Positions 46,914-55,990 of a stretch of 64,000 bases of DNA are shown piece by piece. The stretch's first letter is position 1. Each line of letters starts with the position of its first letter. Source of the DNA: an uncultured virus (IMG/VR IMGVR_UViG_3300011906_000001) (lineage: Duplodnaviria; Heunggongvirae; Uroviricota; Caudoviricetes). Made by a program: the position numbers and the translations under genes. The stretch lies in IMG/VR virus record IMGVR_UViG_3300011906_000001, positions 1 through 64,000 of that record; one strand, 5' to 3'. The notes under the pieces were generated by a model. The model had not been told where the DNA came from and did not search any database. It was given only the letters and a program-made list of their open reading frames with translations.

Positions 46914-47660
46914 ATGGCCTCTGTTTTTCATTTTTATAGCCTTGGGATTGTGGTTGAAAATAAACCCCGTTCAGACAACCATGTTAACGTAGCCCCTATT
47001 GAGACTAACCCGGCCTATGATGGGGAAGTCACGCTTAACCCCATGCAGGAGATCAGTGAGGGAATAGATGCTTACGGAAAAGCCTACTCAGTTAAAACAA
47101 CCTCGGATGTAAGCCTACCCTGTATCTGGTTGCCGTGTGGCGCTAATCGGGTTACCGCCCCTGACGTTCGTCGAGGGATGCAGGTTGAGATTTGGCGATT
47201 AGGCGATACCGATGATTACTATTGGCGTTTCATGGGCCTTGACAGTCACCTGATGACCTTAGAGACGGTCATCTACGCCTGGAGTGCCACCCCGAATGCA
47301 GGTGGGGGTGCCATTGATGTGTCCAACTGTTACTTCTTTGAAATCTCAACCCATGAAGGACTGGTGACGTTCCAGAACTCTAAAGCCAATGGAGAGCCTT
47401 TTCAATACACGATGCAACTTAACACTAAACGAGGCGAACTGACCATTACCGATGACATTGGTAATGCATTGGAGTTTGACTCAAAAGAAAACATGATTAA
47501 AGCCAGTAACCCAGATGGCTCAAGCGTTGAGCTTAGTAAAAAGGTGGTCAGTTTAATTGGACCTGAGAAAGTGCGCTTTCAAAGCGGTGGTACCACCTTT
47601 GAAATGAGTCCATCGGGAGCGGCGTTGGTGACCCCAGCCTTTGACATCAAACAAGGATAA
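46914..47660 (+). CDS. baseplate central spike (phiKZ gp164-like)
   Basis: OB-fold-like N-terminus (CIWLP...APDVRRGMQV) and beta-repeat C-terminus; followed by a PAAR gene. Confidence 0.75.
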   Translation: MASVFHFYSLGIVVENKPRSDNHVNVAPIETNPAYDGEVTLNPMQEISEGIDAYGKAYSVKTTSDVSLPCIWLPCGANRVTAPDVRRGMQVEIWRLGDTDDYYWRFMGLDSHLMTLETVIYAWSATPNAGGGAIDVSNCYFFEISTHEGLVTFQNSKANGEPFQYTMQLNTKRGELTITDDIGNALEFDSKENMIKASNPDGSSVELSKKVVSLIGPEKVRFQSGGTTFEMSPSGAALVTPAFDIKQG

Positions 47661-47664
47661 ATCA

Positions 47665-47931
47665 ATGCCTAATATCACGGTCACTCAAGTGGATTCAGCA
47701 GGTGGGACAATTCAAGGAGGCGGGCAGTCATTTGTCCGCTTTAATGGAAATCCCATCGCGGTACTAGGAGATGCGGTTGCAGGTCATGGTAAAAGCCCTC
47801 ACAGTGGCCCTACAATGGCGCAGGGATCGAGTTTCTTTAAGATCAATGGCATACCTGTCTGTTTCCAAGGAAACGTTGCTACCTGCGGTCATAGCGCTTC
47901 AGGGCAGGCGGGGATGAACATCTCCAATTAA
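47665..47931 (+). CDS. PAAR-like spike tip protein
   Basis: NGNPIAVLGD..GHGKSPH, INGIPVCFQG..ATCGH. Confidence 0.85.
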   Translation: MPNITVTQVDSAGGTIQGGGQSFVRFNGNPIAVLGDAVAGHGKSPHSGPTMAQGSSFFKINGIPVCFQGNVATCGHSASGQAGMNISN

Positions 47932-47941
47932 TAATAAACTC

Positions 47942-47980
47942 GGCATAAGCCCTCCCCTTGATTGGGGAGGGTTTTATGTC
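47942..47980. terminator. bidirectional hairpin between convergent genes
   Basis: GGCATAAG-CCCTCCCC-TTGATT-GGGGAGGG-TTTTATGTC; same core as 2490 and 24391. Confidence 0.8.
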
Positions 47981-47982
47981 TG

Positions 47983-48678
47983 TTAAGGCCTGTAGCTTGA
48001 CATGTATTTAGCATCGACAAACTCAAAGTCCATAAACTCAAGATGAACCAATCTAAACCGCGTCATTTCTTTTTGTTTTTCTTCAATCGTTAACGACCTG
48101 GGATCATGTTCAAAGAGTTTAGGCCCCACCATCACAAACCGATTGGCTTTGTGTTGATAGAGTGCCTTAACATGAAGTTTAATCCATTCATGAAACTCAA
48201 AGAGAATAGCCAGGCTGTATCGTTCGGTAATAAAGCTTGGTGTTAACTCCTCTAACGGAATGCTTGTAAACAAGATCACCAGTTCATTACCCAGCAATCG
48301 TTTTAGATGTTCCTCAATCCCTAAGGCTTCATCTTCTTCAAGCACATAAGGCCAGATGTTTACCTCAAGTGTAATCTCTTGATCTTGGAGGCTTTCAAGC
48401 AAGGTCAAATCGTAATCGGTGAGCACCTTAAGAATAACAGGCCAAATACCTGTCATCACAGAACCCCACCTGACCTCATTATCCCGTTTAGCATAGGCCT
48501 GATCAAACTGCTCGTTACTGACCAACCCATCGGTTAGCGTTGACCAGTCAGTGTGTTCACGCAACCAGTAATCTGGCTTTTGAACCAACACACTTCGAGC
48601 AACAGGGTTGATCAATTCAAGGCAGGCCAGGCGGGTATCAAACAGGGTATCAAGGCTTGTTAGAATACGTTTGTTCAT
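47983..48678 (-). CDS. conserved hypothetical protein
   Basis: 231 aa; N-terminal SLDTLFDTRL is HAD-like in pattern but function is unproven. Confidence 0.65.
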   Translation of the reverse strand: MNKRILTSLDTLFDTRLACLELINPVARSVLVQKPDYWLREHTDWSTLTDGLVSNEQFDQAYAKRDNEVRWGSVMTGIWPVILKVLTDYDLTLLESLQDQEITLEVNIWPYVLEEDEALGIEEHLKRLLGNELVILFTSIPLEELTPSFITERYSLAILFEFHEWIKLHVKALYQHKANRFVMVGPKLFEHDPRSLTIEEKQKEMTRFRLVHLEFMDFEFVDAKYMSSYRP

Positions 48679-48687
48679 ACAAAACCT

Positions 48688-49152
48688 TTAGGACGATTTG
48701 GCAAGAATCATCAAGACTGTTTTCATATCCGTCAAGCAATACAGCGTGAATGTCAGCCAGCCTGGATAATACTCAAAGCCATCGGTGGTGTAATGGGTCT
48801 TCTGAGCAAAATCCTCATCCATGAACACTCCCTTTTGATCTTTCACTGACATCAGCATGGCTTTAATGGAATGATTAAAGCTCTCTTCCAAATCATACTC
48901 ATGTATTTTAAAGTGGAAGGTCATGCTAAGGCGCATCAGATAATCCAATGCTTCTTCTTTCAATCGGAAGGGTTTCCAGATTTTACTGGCAATGATTTCT
49001 TCGCTTAAGAAATAAATCCTAACGTTGTCTTTGATTTCAGTTATTACTTCTAAAAACGCTTGCTCAGATTCGGTTCCGAATGATTCGGCTTTAAGGGTTT
49101 CAATCAAAATGGATCGAAAGGTTACAGGGAGTACAGAGGTGGGAGTTGCCAT
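48688..49152 (-). CDS. hypothetical protein
   Basis: 154 aa ORF in operon. Confidence 0.65.
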   Translation of the reverse strand: MATPTSVLPVTFRSILIETLKAESFGTESEQAFLEVITEIKDNVRIYFLSEEIIASKIWKPFRLKEEALDYLMRLSMTFHFKIHEYDLEESFNHSIKAMLMSVKDQKGVFMDEDFAQKTHYTTDGFEYYPGWLTFTLYCLTDMKTVLMILAKSS

Positions 49153-49168
49153 GACAGAATATACCTAC

Positions 49169-49852
49169 TTACAGGTTGGTATTTAAATGCGCGGATTTGA
49201 ACATCACAGAAAGCGTTTGAGTGGCTTTAACCTTAGAGGGTAGCATCGAGGAGATGGTATCCATCGAAACACCTCCCGTTTCCATGATCGCACGATTCAT
49301 GGCGTTATAGGCCTTCTCATCCCCACCCCGGAACTTAAGCATCTCAATGATACTTTTGTTAAGGCCTTTAGCCGCGTTAACTTGAAGCTCAGGATAAGAC
49401 ACACGAGCGCCTTTAGACTCACCTGTGGCCTGGCCTGTCCGCTCATCGACGGTGTCATCATCTTCAGGGATAGACATCTTTTTATACAGCATCTGTACCT
49501 GACGACGAAGCGGAAGCCTTAGCACCAAATGAGGAACATTGGTTCGCACCACCTGGCCTGTGATTGGGTCGGTTAAATCCAGATGTTGAAACAACTTGTA
49601 ATTGAGCTCATCGGCCACGCTATACAAGTTCAGAATGTCGAGTTTATGGGGTGAGTTGTTGGCGGCAAACAAGGCCAGGGTTTCCTTCCCGCTGGCCAGG
49701 TTATTCATGTAGTCATCAAACTCTTCATCACTCCATTGATTCAATCGTTTTTCATAAATGGCTTTGTTATCAGAGCCTGGGATGAAACGATCAATGAAGT
49801 ACAGTAACTCGCGGGTAGCGGCTTCTCTGTTCACACAAGCATCCTTAAACAA
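49169..49852 (-). CDS. rpoB: virion RNA polymerase beta subunit, C-terminal part (phiKZ gp149-like)
   Basis: LTDPITG, TGQATGESKGARVSYPELQV, EMLKFRGGD align with the beta C-terminal GQRFGEME...EMLT.KSDD region. Confidence 0.85.
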   Translation of the reverse strand: MFKDACVNREAATRELLYFIDRFIPGSDNKAIYEKRLNQWSDEEFDDYMNNLASGKETLALFAANNSPHKLDILNLYSVADELNYKLFQHLDLTDPITGQVVRTNVPHLVLRLPLRRQVQMLYKKMSIPEDDDTVDERTGQATGESKGARVSYPELQVNAAKGLNKSIIEMLKFRGGDEKAYNAMNRAIMETGGVSMDTISSMLPSKVKATQTLSVMFKSAHLNTNL

Positions 49853-49866
49853 TGGCTAAAGACAGG

Positions 49867-50211
49867 TCATACGATAGACAGCAGTTTATCGCTCGTGTGA
49901 CTGTCCGTATGGCCGTCGTATACCGACGCCGTGTTTAACTGCGTAAAGGGCGGGAAGCGCCAGCTCATAAGCGACGGCAACACCTCTTTAATAAACAGAT
50001 GACTCCATTGCTCGAACCGGTCACAATCAACCAACCCCATCCTCACCTGCTGGGTATTGAAGGCGTATTGACTCATTTGAAGGTGAAAGAAATGATTCAA
50101 GGCTTCGATGGAATTTACTTCAGGGCATCGTCTTAGGAAGTCTTCAGCCAACTCAACATCATGAAACCGAATCAGGTAGAATACACGGGCTTGTAAAGAA
50201 AGGTTCGACAT
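49867..50211 (-). CDS. hypothetical protein
   Basis: 114 aa, GAGGA SD. Confidence 0.65.
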   Translation of the reverse strand: MSNLSLQARVFYLIRFHDVELAEDFLRRCPEVNSIEALNHFFHLQMSQYAFNTQQVRMGLVDCDRFEQWSHLFIKEVLPSLMSWRFPPFTQLNTASVYDGHTDSHTSDKLLSIV

Positions 50212-50310
50212 GGCATAAATCCTCGTCGTTTAATTTTAAAATTAGATGTAAAGTTGAATGTGAAGACGAATGAAAGAAAAAATGACATGAAAGCGTGTTC
50301 CTAAAACCAA

Positions 50311-50658
50311 TTAGGAGAGTTCCCCTAAATAGTTCACATCAGTGATTGTGGACAAATGCTTTACAAGAAGGTGCCGGTGGCAAAAGGTATTAGGGGGGCA
50401 ATAACACCCTAACGCCACAGGGCTTTGGGTGATCAACGATTCAAAGAACAACGGATCATTGTAATACCAATAGTCGATGATGTTTTTATAGGCTTGACTA
50501 TAGGTATCTTGATCGATTGAACCGGCTTTAATCCCTAACACCATCTCCCACGTAGGGGCAAGCTGGTAGGCTCCACTTTTAACCGTGGTGTCAAGAAGAA
50601 CAATTCCTCTATCCTTAAAGCGTCGCCATTGGCTTATCTGGTAGGTGTACAGATCCAT
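50311..50658 (-). CDS. DUF488/DUF4326-like protein
   Basis: LAPTW and VALGCYC...CHRHLL motifs. Confidence 0.6.
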   Translation of the reverse strand: MDLYTYQISQWRRFKDRGIVLLDTTVKSGAYQLAPTWEMVLGIKAGSIDQDTYSQAYKNIIDYWYYNDPLFFESLITQSPVALGCYCPPNTFCHRHLLVKHLSTITDVNYLGELS

Positions 50659-50727
50659 GGGCTATGATCCGTTATAACCAAGGGCTTTGTTTATCAAAGC
50701 CCTTATTAGATTAGCTTAAAAGAAGCC

Positions 50728-52173
50728 TTATTTGACTTCAGCTTCTTTGAGGTGGCGCTTGGCCAGGTTTTCTTTTATCTTCTTCTGTTCGTCTTTTGAC
50801 ATCCAAAACGGAATATAGAGCCCCTTTCTCATGCGAAGCAAATCCATGGTCGACAGGAACGGAAGAGGGTGGTCTTTCTCTTCTTCTTTAAACACCCAAT
50901 AACCACGGGTATTAAAGAGCACATCCCAATCATAACCCAACGCCTTAATGTCTTCATAGAGCGTTTTAGGATCAGTGAAGACATTATCATGATCGATTCG
51001 GTGAAACTGAATCAACTGGAGCATTTCAGCTTGGATTTCCAATGCTCGACGCAATTTGGCGTTGTCTGCAATCTTCTTACGAACCGTGGTGCGCGACAAG
51101 GTGATATCCGGCATCAACTCAATGAAATAGTTGAGGTTATTGCCTCCCATGCCAAATCCATTTTCCTTGACATAATGGAACTCACTCAAGGAGGGCTGAT
51201 ACCCTTCGGTTTGTGACATGATCAGTTCAATGGGAAGGCCTGTAATCCCATTCTTACCGCGCCAGTTTTCAACCGATAGAATCCGAAGATCTGTATCGCC
51301 CTCCATCGCTGTCTTATTGTCAAGAGGATACTGAGGCATCCGTTCTTTGTTGAGCAGGTGTTTGTTGGAGGTAATGGCCCAGACGTTATTAGGAATCGAA
51401 TACATCCCAGAAGCGCCCCCAATGACCGTGCCTTGCTTCATGGAGACAAGGTTACGTTTATCGGTCGGGTACATCTCCATTTCAATCTTATCTTTAACGT
51501 GAGCCGTTAGTACCAAATAGGTGCCTGTGCGGGCACACATTTGAGGCAACTGATTAAAGAGCTCGTTCTTAGCCCGACCGGTGTTCATCTCACCTGTGGT
51601 GTTCTTAGAATCACCAATCTTGTTTTTATCGTACTGCTGAAGCACCTGGGTGACTTGAAGCTTACTGAAGCTATCGACAATCGCTGAAGTGGGATACAAG
51701 GCTTTCTTAGGTGCGCCTTTAATGTCCAAGAAGGGAGTGGTCTTAAGCCACTTCTTATGGTCATGCTTATCTTTAAGCTTGTCCATCAGCGCTTTAAAGA
51801 ATTCATCACCTGCCAGGCGTGAAATATCGGTAAAGAAGAAGTGTTCGTCGTTTTCCCAGTCAATGGTTTGAATATAATCATAACCGGCGCACGCTGTGGT
51901 GTATCGACCAACAGGGTAGAAGGTACCCTCACTGTCGTATACGACGTTATCGCTGTTGCGACATGCCCTGCGTACCATTGCCGAAATAAAGACGGCCAGC
52001 GCTGTTTTAAAGTTGTTAGGTCGAGAGACAAAACCTGTCATGGAGGCAATGCCTCCATTCATAATCGATTCGCCGTGTTCACCCAATTCATACTTGCCGG
52101 TGGGGATATCAAGAAGCCCACCCACGTTAATGGCTGGACGAAACAAGGGTCGTTCAAATACATCACTAAACAC
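50728..52173 (-). CDS. uvsX: UvsX/RecA-like recombinase (phiKZ gp152-like)
   Basis: Variant Walker A SRPNNFKT, YDSEG, IVDSFS, LVLTAH; synteny with vRNAP subunit and RNase H. Confidence 0.8.
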   Translation of the reverse strand: MFSDVFERPLFRPAINVGGLLDIPTGKYELGEHGESIMNGGIASMTGFVSRPNNFKTALAVFISAMVRRACRNSDNVVYDSEGTFYPVGRYTTACAGYDYIQTIDWENDEHFFFTDISRLAGDEFFKALMDKLKDKHDHKKWLKTTPFLDIKGAPKKALYPTSAIVDSFSKLQVTQVLQQYDKNKIGDSKNTTGEMNTGRAKNELFNQLPQMCARTGTYLVLTAHVKDKIEMEMYPTDKRNLVSMKQGTVIGGASGMYSIPNNVWAITSNKHLLNKERMPQYPLDNKTAMEGDTDLRILSVENWRGKNGITGLPIELIMSQTEGYQPSLSEFHYVKENGFGMGGNNLNYFIELMPDITLSRTTVRKKIADNAKLRRALEIQAEMLQLIQFHRIDHDNVFTDPKTLYEDIKALGYDWDVLFNTRGYWVFKEEEKDHPLPFLSTMDLLRMRKGLYIPFWMSKDEQKKIKENLAKRHLKEAEVK

Positions 52174-52271
52174 GAGAGAGATCCTTATTAAATTAAGTGG
52201 TTAGCCCTACTTGATTGGGCCAATACGTAATTTTATGTTTAATCACATTGATTGTCGATCAGGATGCGATC

Positions 52272-53141
52272 ATGAGTTTTCTAAATAAGTACGATGTTCA
52301 AGTTCAAGCGGCGTCCATTGAAGTGTCATCCATGGACGCCTTTATGGAACTGTGTGACGATGTGTCGCTGGAAGCCTTCTCCACAGGAGATCTTGGGAAC
52401 TACCTTAACAAAAAAGCCGCGATCATTGGTCATGGCTTTAAAGAGGCGTTCAACAGCCTGACGACCTTTAACCATAAGCGTCCCGAGGTATTGAACACCT
52501 CCTCGCTCCAACGGATGCTTTCTACCGTTGATTATACCGACTTGATGGAATTGACCTTCCATAAGCCGGTAGGTATGATCGGGCAATACGAGGACTATAT
52601 TAAACTCCTCTCTAATCATTCCTATCCGGCATTGACTGGGATCATCACTCAGGTGTTGATTCCTGCTCAAAAACGGTTTGGCTATTACCTGAACAATCCG
52701 GGGGATATCAACCAGCGCCATAAGTTTGAATATGGTAGCCGTTATACCCTAAATGGATTGGCTGATTTGCTGTCCGTGGAAGCCTCCAGTATTGAGATGG
52801 GTAATCACACCGGGACGGCAACCTTTGGCAATCTGTTTGAATCAAAGATGGCCTTTGTCAATACCGCAACCATGCTGAACCAAATGAACCTTGAGCGGTT
52901 CAGGTTGGTATCGCCTGATAAGGTTAAGGTTGAAGTCGACAAACTGGCCAAGCTGGCCGATACCCTGCTTAATCAATTGTCCAGCAATGGCCAGCAGGCT
53001 TCAGCACCGTTTGTAACCATGATCACGGAAGAACTTAAAACTGTGGCCAAGTGGATCGAATGGTACGCCACCATCATCGTCAGGCTTCTGGATGCCACCA
53101 CGGCCATGAAGCTTAATGAAGCGATCGTCATGAAGCTGTAA
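52272..53141 (+). CDS. virion head protein (phiKZ gp153-like)
   Basis: N-terminal ASIE and VSLE/AF cleavage-type motifs; AGGA SD before ATG 52272. Confidence 0.65.
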   Translation: MSFLNKYDVQVQAASIEVSSMDAFMELCDDVSLEAFSTGDLGNYLNKKAAIIGHGFKEAFNSLTTFNHKRPEVLNTSSLQRMLSTVDYTDLMELTFHKPVGMIGQYEDYIKLLSNHSYPALTGIITQVLIPAQKRFGYYLNNPGDINQRHKFEYGSRYTLNGLADLLSVEASSIEMGNHTGTATFGNLFESKMAFVNTATMLNQMNLERFRLVSPDKVKVEVDKLAKLADTLLNQLSSNGQQASAPFVTMITEELKTVAKWIEWYATIIVRLLDATTAMKLNEAIVMKL

Positions 53142-53145
53142 CGCA

Positions 53146-53181
53146 GCATATTGCCCTCCCCTTGTAAGGGAGGGCTTTATG
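53146..53181. terminator. bidirectional hairpin between convergent genes
   Basis: GCATATT-GCCCTCCC-CTTGTAA-GGGAGGGC-TTTATG. Confidence 0.75.
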
Positions 53182-53191
53182 ACGAGTTGAA

Positions 53192-53605
53192 TCATGCGTT
53201 TTGGGCATTCATCATGTTTTGTTTAGCGGCTACAAAGTCAAGCATGTGCCTTACATCGCGTTCAATTTCTTCAGGGTTACCATATTGAAGCCATGCCGGA
53301 ATCTTTTTAAGCCACAGCCAGACATCATCCGTTGGGGTGTCCTTAGTGTCCTCGATGTGATTCCATATCAGCGGCGCCACCAGGGTTGGGAACCTTAAGA
53401 CCTTTACATGACGGGCTAACTTAAATTCTTCATTAACCTCATTGAGTTTACCCAAATCATCTTCACTACATTTAACTAAACTTGCATGGATTGACGTTAA
53501 GACAAACATGCGCCTGAACCTGCATTGCGTACGACTCATCAATCGTTTCCACAATGAGGTAAAGGGTTGTTTTGATTTAAACCATGCGATAAGTTTCATG
53601 AACAT
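53192..53605 (-). CDS. hypothetical protein
   Basis: 137 aa, GGTGGT SD. Confidence 0.65.
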   Translation of the reverse strand: MFMKLIAWFKSKQPFTSLWKRLMSRTQCRFRRMFVLTSIHASLVKCSEDDLGKLNEVNEEFKLARHVKVLRFPTLVAPLIWNHIEDTKDTPTDDVWLWLKKIPAWLQYGNPEEIERDVRHMLDFVAAKQNMMNAQNA

Positions 53606-53614
53606 GACACCACC

Positions 53615-55066
53615 TTAAAGTTTTAAAACAAACTGCGTGTAAGGCGCTTGGTAGATCGCCGAACCTTCAGTTGTTTCAAAGACAGTGGAAAATGAATAGG
53701 ACACAGGACCATCGGCTACAATCAACAACGTGACCTTTGGGTCTTGCATTGCTAATTTGGCTAACGCATTGCGAGAAGGGAGATCAATCCCTACCACCAG
53801 TTTAAGGTCAACAGGTGTCTCTCTGACGATGGCTTTAACCTCAATCGCCTGCGTAGCACTGGTGATCGTTCTGTGTAGTTTAAGCACCTCCTTTTTCCCT
53901 GAGGTGACCTTCTCGTAAAAAAGGTCCGTCAGGTCAAGTGTTCTGACGCCATCCCCTATGCGATTTTCCAAGACATCATCGAGCCTTCTTCTAAGCAGGT
54001 TAAACTGCTCAACGGCTCGCAATGCCATCCGTGGAGGATCAAGGGTAATGGTGACGACTTCATCTTGAGCGGTGACTAAGGCTTTAACTGGCTCAAGGTT
54101 AACTAAGGCTTTCTCTCCATGGGTTCTAATAGCATCTTGAGTGGACGCTTTATACGCCACGTCGAGTCTGATAATCCCAAGATCCACCACATCCCGTTCA
54201 TGGGCATTGATGTGGTATTGCTTAAGCGTCTCAATGTACTCAATGGGTTCATTTGCCTTAAAAACACTGTAGCATGCTTCAGAATTTCTGCGACCTAGAA
54301 TAAGATCAGTTTTACGAATCTTATCCATCGCAGAATCATCTTGTTTATGACCGTAGGTATGCAGTCTACCCAGATGGTAGGTGTAGTAATACCCATCATA
54401 CTGAGCATCCTTTGACCCTAACGTAAACAAGGTTCTTGACTTCATCATCAATGGATTGAGTTCTAAGGGTTTTATCCGTTCAATAGCGGGAGCTTTCACC
54501 TGAGCATGTTCAATGGGTTTTCCACCCGAGGCGAGCAATGCATTCGCATCGGCCTTGTCATTACCCAGATTCCCACTGTGACCTTTGACCCATTGAAACT
54601 CAACACTGCGACCTGACGATTCCCAACTGAGTTTGGCAGTATGAAGCGCCGACCAATAGCCTTTATTGGCATAAGGGGAACCATCGGGTTTGGTCCAATT
54701 GTTTTTTATCCATTTAGGGACATTATTAATTCCCTTACGTACATATTCGCTGTCCATCAACATCAGGACAGAAGACGTGTCAAACTGGGTGGCGATATCA
54801 AATGCTGAGATTACCGCTTGTAGCTCAGCACTGTTATTTGTCGGGTTCTGAGTGACAGGTCCATACGCATCGATAAACTGAACCGGCTTAACCGTTTTAT
54901 TCAATTCAACGACTTGATACCCTTTTGAGGTGGGGAGTTGCTTCTCCCCTACCGCTTTATCCAACGGTGTATTTTCATAGGCGTAGCCATGAACACCCCA
55001 GCCCGCTTGGTTTCGTCGGAAACTGCCATCGGTGTACAACACCAGACCATCACATGAAATATTCAC
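53615..55066 (-). CDS. rnhA: ribonuclease HI with C-terminal extension (phiKZ gp155-like)
   Basis: YTDGS, TNNSAELQAV, MDSEYV, WVKGHSGNLGNDKAD catalytic motifs. Confidence 0.9.
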   Translation of the reverse strand: MNISCDGLVLYTDGSFRRNQAGWGVHGYAYENTPLDKAVGEKQLPTSKGYQVVELNKTVKPVQFIDAYGPVTQNPTNNSAELQAVISAFDIATQFDTSSVLMLMDSEYVRKGINNVPKWIKNNWTKPDGSPYANKGYWSALHTAKLSWESSGRSVEFQWVKGHSGNLGNDKADANALLASGGKPIEHAQVKAPAIERIKPLELNPLMMKSRTLFTLGSKDAQYDGYYYTYHLGRLHTYGHKQDDSAMDKIRKTDLILGRRNSEACYSVFKANEPIEYIETLKQYHINAHERDVVDLGIIRLDVAYKASTQDAIRTHGEKALVNLEPVKALVTAQDEVVTITLDPPRMALRAVEQFNLLRRRLDDVLENRIGDGVRTLDLTDLFYEKVTSGKKEVLKLHRTITSATQAIEVKAIVRETPVDLKLVVGIDLPSRNALAKLAMQDPKVTLLIVADGPVSYSFSTVFETTEGSAIYQAPYTQFVLKL

Positions 55067-55117
55067 ACATCCATCCTAAGCTTTTATCTAGACCATTGAC
55101 CTTAGGGGTATTTTTCA

Positions 55118-55528
55118 TCAGGCGCACTCATCAAGCCAAGCTTGATAAGCGTTCTCTAAGGCCAGTCGTTCTGTCTCAATGTGGTCTATCAAGGCTTTGA
55201 TGTATTCAGCCAATAGCGCATCAATCGCCTGATCCTTAATGGATGGATCGGCTAAATTGGGTGCAAGAGGTTGAGCCCGTGCCATCGGCAATACAAAAGG
55301 ACGGCAACCTTTATTAAGCGCAGGAGCGGGTAAGGGTTCAGGGGATGTCTTCACAATAACCGATGGCGGATCAGTGGGTCGCGTCTCCGAGTGAGAATAC
55401 TGGGATGCATCAGTCATACTCGACTCAACCCGGTACATGGCGTGACTAAATGTCTGATCGACATAATACTGACTGTGCACAACACACCCGCTAACCAGTA
55501 GTGCGCAGATTAAAAACAGGTTTTTCAT
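55118..55528 (-). CDS. lipoprotein, o-spanin-like
   Basis: MKNLFLICALLVSGC lipobox; Pro-rich middle; helical C-terminus ending in Cys-Ala. Confidence 0.7.
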   Translation of the reverse strand: MKNLFLICALLVSGCVVHSQYYVDQTFSHAMYRVESSMTDASQYSHSETRPTDPPSVIVKTSPEPLPAPALNKGCRPFVLPMARAQPLAPNLADPSIKDQAIDALLAEYIKALIDHIETERLALENAYQAWLDECA

Positions 55529-55553
55529 AACAGATGCATCCTAATGGATTACA

Positions 55554-55844
55554 TTATTTAAGCAGGTCCATAAGCCTGCGTTTACGTTCTTCAACAGCTT
55601 GAGGACTTAAACACACCGGCTGGGCTTCAATGAGGGCTTCAAGCTTGGCCATCTTATCCCTGGCTTCTAATGCCGCTGTGGTGGTATAAAACATAAAAAG
55701 CACTAACGATACAATCAACACAAACATGACATTGATATGCCAATTCTCACGGATGACTTCAGATACCGTGCGATCTTTAAAAATAGCATCACGCAAAAAA
55801 GGCCAGATGACCAACAGTGCTTTAAATACAATGCGAATAGTCAT
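55554..55844 (-). CDS. membrane protein, i-spanin-like or holin-like
   Basis: TM helix VMFVLIVSLVLFMFY followed by a short coiled coil with Cys; directly upstream of the lipoprotein gene. Confidence 0.55.
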   Translation of the reverse strand: MTIRIVFKALLVIWPFLRDAIFKDRTVSEVIRENWHINVMFVLIVSLVLFMFYTTTAALEARDKMAKLEALIEAQPVCLSPQAVEERKRRLMDLLK

Positions 55845-55904
55845 TGTTGATTCACCTACATTTTATATTTAAATAATGACTCGATTGAATAAACCCTCCT
55901 TAGA

Positions 55905-55929
55905 GTAAACTATATATTACTCACATGCA
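55905..55929 (+). promoter_or_regulatory. possible early-type promoter
   Basis: TATATTAC at 55913 (phiKZ early consensus) with TG at the same N8 offset as the other copies. Confidence 0.4.
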
Positions 55930-55990
55930 AGCCCATGGTTGATTTTATAGATGAACTTAACCTTTAAAGCCACAACAAGGATTGATTAAC

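Noticed and set aside
46914..47931. Spike plus PAAR as a type VI secretion fragment
   Set aside because: This pair is the normal contractile-tail spike and tip in phiKZ-like phages; no other T6SS genes present
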